In this document: piece after piece, positions 19,990-25,780 of the stretch
How the letters are laid out: each line of letters starts with the position of its first letter
How positions within the stretch are numbered: the stretch's first letter is position 1
DNA from: Macrostomum lignano
Taxonomy: Eukaryota
DNA: 25,780 bases
Reading direction: 5' to 3'
NCBI GenBank assembly: GCA_002269645.1
Contig: NIVC01004231.1
Span: 1 to 25,780 of the forward strand
Position numbers and translations under genes: made by a program
The notes under the pieces: generated by a model
What the model was told of the DNA's origin: nothing
The model's database searches: none
Seen by the model: the letters and a program-made list of their open reading frames with translations, nothing else

Positions 19990-21334
19990 CGAGTGGAACT
20001 CCTCCTTCGGAGGAGAAAGGGGAAGAACTCCCATCACCGGAATTCTATTCCCTGAAATATCCATCAACTGAAATTCCATGTCTTTAACCCTATCTTCCAA
20101 ATCGTCTCCAAATTCTTTACAAAATCTTTCAAAGACCATAGCTCAAAGACTCTTACGTCTCTCATATCTACTCTCTCCTCTCTTCGCTATTATCGTGACT
20201 CGCTTCTCTCTCCTCTCTCTCATCTCATCTCTACCCCTACTCTCTTATTTATCTCTACTCCCTTATTTATCTCTTCTCCCTCGTCTTTCGTCTGTACCCT
20301 ATCCTGTCTACTCTCCTATCTTCTATCTTATCTCTCCCCTTTTCTCTCCTCTCTCATATCTAATCTCTAATCACTTATCTATCGTCTCCGCTCTACTTTC
20401 TCTCTTCTTTTTTCTCTCTTCTCTCTGCTCTCATTTCTCGTATCTCTTATACGCTCTCACCCTCTCCTTTCTTATCTCCCATCTTTCTTCCCTCCTTTCT
20501 ACTGCATCACCTGTCTCCTCTCTTCTCTTTTCTCTCCTCTCCATTCTCTCTTCTCTACTCTCATCTCCCCTCATCTCTTCTCTAATCTCTAATCTCTTCT
20601 CTCTCTTATTTTCTCACTCATCTCTTTTCTCATTGCATCTCTCATCTCTCCTCTCTCTCTCTCCTCTCATCTGTACTATCTTTTTTATCTCTTCTCCCAG
20701 GTCTTTCAAATTTACTCTCTCCTGTCTCCTCTCTCCCCTCGTCTTTCCTCTCTCATATCTCTTCTCTACTCACTTATATATTCTCTCTCCTCTGCTCCCC
20801 TTTTACACTTTCCTATATGCTCTCACTCTCACCCTCCCCTTTCTTATCTGCTGTTTTTACACTCCTTTCTACCACCTGTCTCCTCTCGTTTCTCTCCTCT
20901 CTGCACTCTCATCTTTACCCTCTTCTTTCTCCTCACTACTTTCTTCTCTTAAATCTCTGATCTCTGATCTTTCATCTCTCTCCTCTCACCTCTCACCTCT
21001 CTCCTCTCTTTCCTCTCTTCTATTGCCTCTGTACGCTCTTGTCCCTCCTTTCTTCTCCATCCTGTCTCCTCTCTGCAATCTCATATCTCCTCTCTCATAT
21101 CCTCTCCCTTCATCTCCTCTCTCCTCTTCTCTTCTCTCTCCTTCGTTCCCGCCTTACTTTCCTCTTCTCTCCCATCTGTCATGTCTAATCTCTCCACTCA
21201 TTTCTACTCTGTTTTCTATCATCTCATCTCTCTTCTCTTTTCATTCTTCTCTTTACTCTCTTCTCTGACTGATTGAAGATGCCAAATCCATCAAGATCCT
21301 CTCCGCGAAGCAGAAATCCTGTCCGTGCAACTGA

Positions 21335-21760
21335 AAACCATCGAAATCCTCTCCGTGAAACTGGACTCCTTCGAAATCCTCTCCTTGAAACTTAAATCCA
21401 TCAAAATCGTCTCCATAAAACAGAAATCAATCATAAATTATCTCCGCGAAACAGAAATCCTCTCCGTGAAGCTGAACATCATCGAAATCCTCTCCGTGAA
21501 ACTGAACACCTTCGAAATCCTCTCCGTGAAACTGAACACCTTCGAAATCCTCTCCTTGAAACTTAAATCTATCAAAATCGTCTCCATAAAGCAGAAATCA
21601 ATCATAAATTTAACTCCGCGAAACAGAAATCCTCTCCGTGAAGCTGAACATCATCAAAATCCTCTCCGTGAAACTGAGCACCATCGAAATCCTCTCCACG
21701 AAACAGAAATCCTCTTTGTCAAAATTAAAACATTGAAATCGTCTCCGCTAAACTGGACTC
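21335..21760 (+). repeat. 30-bp tandem repeat array (CCATCGAAATCCTCTCCGTGAAACTGAACA-like)
   Basis: Contiguous degenerate copies. Homologous arrays at about 1205-1490, 11728-11835, 12955-13060, 16138-16445, 18710-18990, 23770-23870 and 25368-25480. Confidence 0.88.
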
Positions 21761-21805
21761 AATCAATTTTTTCCGTCAAACAACTCAACTCTCCGGATTC
21801 ATTGG

Positions 21806-21833
21806 TTAGGGTTAGGGTTAGGGTTAGGGTTAG
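21806..21833 (+). repeat. (TTAGGG)4 + TTAG
   Basis: Read directly. Confidence 0.95.
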
Positions 21834-22768
21834 AACTACGCACAGCTTCGTGTTAAAAGGCACTGATAAACTATTGAACTAATTGAATCAATTCATTGCG
21901 CAACCGATTTCACAGTCAGTCAGTATCAGTCTCAGTTAAAGTTAACAAAAACATTGCGCAATCTAAATCAACCCTCCAATACAAAGCAACTGACCCCCTT
22001 CCTATACACAGCGCCAGTTGGAAGTCGAAACCCCCAACTTTATCTCTCACCTCTCGCCAAAATGAGTACAATCTTTGCAGAAAGTTTAAAGTATGGAAAT
22101 AGTTTTTGCAATGCAGAGCTTTTAGTTTTCATATTTGAAGCAAACAATTTATATCCCTGAAATCAGCTTTGCAAGTTCTTTCCAGCAATATAAATTTTTT
22201 CTCTCAAAGTTAAAAACTCGAGCAACAGTTTGCGTTTGAAACTTTCTGATTTAAAGCATTGAAATATCGATTGTACGTTCACTGCCTGCTAAAGAGGCCC
22301 GCAAGTTTATGCATTGAATTTCAACGTTCAACAAAATCACAGGGCTGCCTATTGAAAATTAGAACACAAATCTTTGCGCAATTGTCTATACAGTCAGCCA
22401 GTGAGCCAGGGTCCGATTGTACACAGGCAGCCATTTAGAACGCCCCATCCCCCACTGGAGAGAAAATACACTGCAGAGATAGGGAAAAGTTGTGGCGCAA
22501 TCACTTGAAATTCATGCAAATTTTCAGCTCCAAGCAGAAAGAGGGGACAATTAAGATTATCAAAGGTCAAGACCGCCGTTTTCTGCTTTTTTGAGGATTT
22601 TAGAAATTAAAATTTCAGAATTAAAATAGCCTATAGCCGACCTCGGATAATTTCCAATCTTCCCATATAAGTTTCAACGCTGAGTTGCCACTATTCAAGG
22701 AGGAGTTGTCGAAATGACAGACAGACACACAGACAGACAGACAAACAACGCGTCAACTTTAGTATATA

Positions 22769-25259
22769 CGAGTGGAACTCCTCCTTCGGAGGAGAAAGGG
22801 GAAGAACTCCCATCACCGGAATTCCATTCCCTGAAATCCATCACTGAAACTCCACTTGAATCCCATCTTCCAAATCGTCTCCAAATTCTTTACAAAATCT
22901 TTGAAAGACCATAGCTCAAAGACTCTCACGTCTCTCATATCTCTCTCTCTTCTATTCGCTATTATCGTGACTCTCTTCTCTCTCCTCTCTCTCATCGCAT
23001 CTCTACCCCTACTCCCTTATTTATCTCTTCTCCCTCGTCTTTCGTCTGTACCTTCTCCTGTCTCTTGTCTCTCGCATCTATCCTATCTCTCCTCTTCACT
23101 TCTGTTTCCTGTCTCCTCTCTTCTCTCTTATCTCTCCCTCTTCTCTCCCTCTCATATGTCATCTCTACTCACTTATCTATCGTCTCTCTTAACCCTCTCT
23201 CACTATTCTCTTTTCTCTCCTCTCTGCTCTCATTTCTCATATCTCATATACGCTCTCACACTCTATTTCTGTCTCCCATCTTTTTTCCTCCTTTCACTAT
23301 CCCCTGTCTCTTCTCTTCTCTCTTTCTATCCTCTCCATTGTCTCTTTCTCCTCTCCTTGCTCCTTTCATCTTCTCCCGTCTCTTCTCTAATCTCTAATCT
23401 CTTCTCTCTTATGTTCTCACTCATCTCTTTTTATCGCATCTCTCATCTCTCCTCTCCTCACTACTTTCTCTCTACACTCTCTCATCTCTGATCTTTCATC
23501 TCTCTCCTCTCTCCTCTCTCTCCTCTCATCTCTCTGTCTCCTTTGCTATCTCTATCTCCCTCTCATCTCCTCTCTCTCTTATCTTCTCTCTCCTTCGTCC
23601 CGCCTTACTCCCTTTTCTCTCCCATCTGTCATGTTAATCTCTCCACTCATTTTACTCTGTTGTCTATCATCTTATCTCTCTTCTCTTTCATTCTTCTCTT
23701 TACTCTCTTCTCTAACTGATTGAAGATGCCAAAATCCATCAAGATCCTCTCCGCGAAGCAGTCTGTGCAACTGAAAACCATCGAAATCCTCTCCAGCGAA
23801 ACAGAAATCCTGTCCGTGAAACTGAAAACCATCGAAATTCTCTCTTTAAAACTGGACTCAATCGAAATTTTCTCGTCAAAAAGAATAAAATATCATGATT
23901 CACTGGTTAGGGTTATTGTTAGGGTTAGGGTTAGGGTTAGAGCTACACACAGCTGCGTGTCCAAATAAAAAAAATTGAAACAATTGAATCAATTGATTGC
24001 GCAACCGATTTCTCAGTCAGTCAGTATCAGTCTCAGTTAAAGTTAACAAAAAGATTGCGCAATTTAAATCAACCTCCAGTACACAGAGACCGACCCTTTT
24101 CAATACGCAGTGGCAGTTAGAAATTGAACCCCCAACTGTTGGGGGCATTGAACTAAAAATGAGTACAATCTTTGCAGAAAGCTAAAAGTATGGAAATAGT
24201 TTTTTATGCTGTGCTTTTAGTCTTTATATTTAAAGCAAATAATTTATATCCTTGAACTCAGCGTTGCAAGATCTTTTCAGCAGTATAAGTCTCTTCTCTT
24301 AAAGTTTAGAACTCGAAGAGCAGTTAGCATTTGAAAGTTCCCGTTTTAAAGCATTGAAATATCGAGTGTACGTTCACTGCCTGCCAAAGAGGCTCGCAAG
24401 TTTATTCATTAATTACACGGCCGGCTATTACACAGGGCAGCCTATTGAAAGGCACAGATAATAAAACAAATTGATGGCGCAACCGATTTCACAGTCAGTC
24501 AGTATCAGTCTCAGTTAAAGTTAACAAAAACATTGCGCAATCTAAATCAACCCTCCAATACACAGCAGCAGTGAGAAGTTGAACTCTCCCCCCAACTTTA
24601 TCTAATACGTCTCGCAAAACTGAGTACAATTTTTGCAGAAAGTTGAAAGCATGGAAATAGTTTTTTCAATGCTGAGCTTTTAGTTTTCATATTTAAAGCA
24701 AACAATTTATATCCCTGAAATCAGCTTTGCAAGTTCTTTCGAGTAATATAAATTTTTTCTCTCAAAGTTAAAAACTCGAGCAACAGTTTGCGTTTGAAAC
24801 TTTCTGATTTAAAGCATTGAAATATCTAGTGCACGTTCACTGCCTGCTAAAGAGGCTCGCGAGTTGATGCATTGAATTTCACTGTCCGCCAGCTAGCTAG
24901 GGTCCAAGTGTACACACGCCGCCACTTAGAACGCGACCATCCTCCCACTGGAGAGAAAATACACTGCCAAGGTAGAAAAATTTTATGGCGCAATCACTTA
25001 AAATTCATGCAAATTTTCAGCTCCAAGCAGAAAGAGGGGACAATTAAGATTATCAAAGGTCAAGATTCGAGTTTTCTGCTTTTTTGAGGATCTTAGAAAT
25101 TTAAAATTCAGAATTAAATAGCCTATAGCCGACCTCGGATAATTTCCAATCTTCCCATATAAGTTTCAACGCTGAGTTGCCACTATTCAAGGAGGAGTTG
25201 TCGAAATGACAGACACACAGACAGACATACAGACAAACAACGCTCAACTTTAGTATATA
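22769..25259 (-). mobile_element. Non-autonomous unit U9 (2.49 kb)
   Basis: Hairpin at 22778-22794. Short 30-bp array and a duplicated central module (about 23990 and about 24475). Confidence 0.8.
23907..23940 (+). repeat. TTAGGG + TTATTG + (TTAGGG)3 + TTAG
   Basis: Read directly. Confidence 0.93.
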
Positions 25260-25780
25260 CGAGGCCAACTCCTCCTTCGGAGAGAAAGGGGAAGAACTCC
25301 AATCAGCGGAATTCCATTCCCTGAACTCCATCAGCGGAATCCCATTTTCCAACACCTCTCGCGCAACAGAAATCGTCTCCGTGAAACTGAACACTATCGA
25401 AATCCTCTCCGTGAAACTGAACACGCATCGAAATATTCTCCGCGAAATAGAAATCCTCTCCGTGAAACTGGACTAAATCGAAATTTCTACGTCAAACAGC
25501 CCAGCTCTCAGAATTCATTGGTTAGGTTAGGGTTAGGCTACACACAGCTGCGTGTTGAAGGCTCCATAAAAACATTGAACCAATTAAATTGCGCAACTTA
25601 TTTCTCAGGCAGTCAGTATCAGCGTCGGTTAAAGTTAACAAAAAGATTGCGCAATCTAAATCAAGCCCTCCAATACACAGCAACCGACCCCCTTCCAATA
25701 CGCAGTGCAGCTAGAAATTGAACCCCCCTACCAACTATTGGGGGGTCGGTCGAACCCCCATTGAACTCCAAATGAGCAAA
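25260..25780 (-). mobile_element. Partial unit U10 (short type, most like U3)
   Basis: Shares U3-specific strings such as CAGCGTCGGTTAAAG. Runs off the window end. Confidence 0.75.
25522..25537 (+). repeat. Degenerate TTAGG/TTAGGG block
   Basis: TTAGG TTAGGG TTAGG with the same flanks as in U3. Confidence 0.8.

Larger units (their letters stand above)
19990..22768 (-). mobile_element. Non-autonomous unit U8 (2.78 kb)
   Basis: Hairpin at 19999-20015. Expanded CT tract and expanded 30-bp array. Confidence 0.8.

Noticed and set aside
16128-21882. MQLKTIEILSVKL and MVRVRVRV ORFs
   Set aside because: These are the 30-bp repeat and TTAGGG read in frame. The starts are non-ATG codons and lengths vary between units.
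118-23491. Long Ser/Leu/Pro/Phe-rich ORFs (118-582, 14155-14805, 15036-15764, 17572-18330, 20078-21268, 22856-23491 and others)
   Set aside because: They are translations of the C/T tracts, which rarely contain stop codons. Frames differ between homologous units.

Overview
Eukaryotic DNA. The whole window is a head-to-tail array of one rolling-circle transposon (Helitron) family on the minus strand. One member (about 2516-11617) is a full-length canonical Helitron. Its 9-exon RepHel gene (ATG 10407, stop 4721) encodes STPR-like 23-aa repeats, a Cys/His zinc-finger motif, a HUH Rep nuclease and a Pif1 helicase. One intron is GC-AG and splits the HUH motif, and there is one unresolved frameshift. 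The other nine members (0.9-2.8 kb, the last one partial) are non-coding derivatives with the same termini: a CTCCTCC-nnn-GGAGGAG hairpin and CTCG at the 3' end, and T(C/A/T)..ATACTAAAG plus a GTCT/GT microsatellite at the 5' end. Eight of the nine carry a short (TTAGGG)n block at a fixed position and 30-bp tandem repeats, and six carry a 0.5-1.1 kb polypyrimidine tract. The autonomous copy lacks all three. Most ORFs in the supplied track are artefacts of these repeats. All coordinates were read by eye; no searches were run and the host species cannot be determined from this window.
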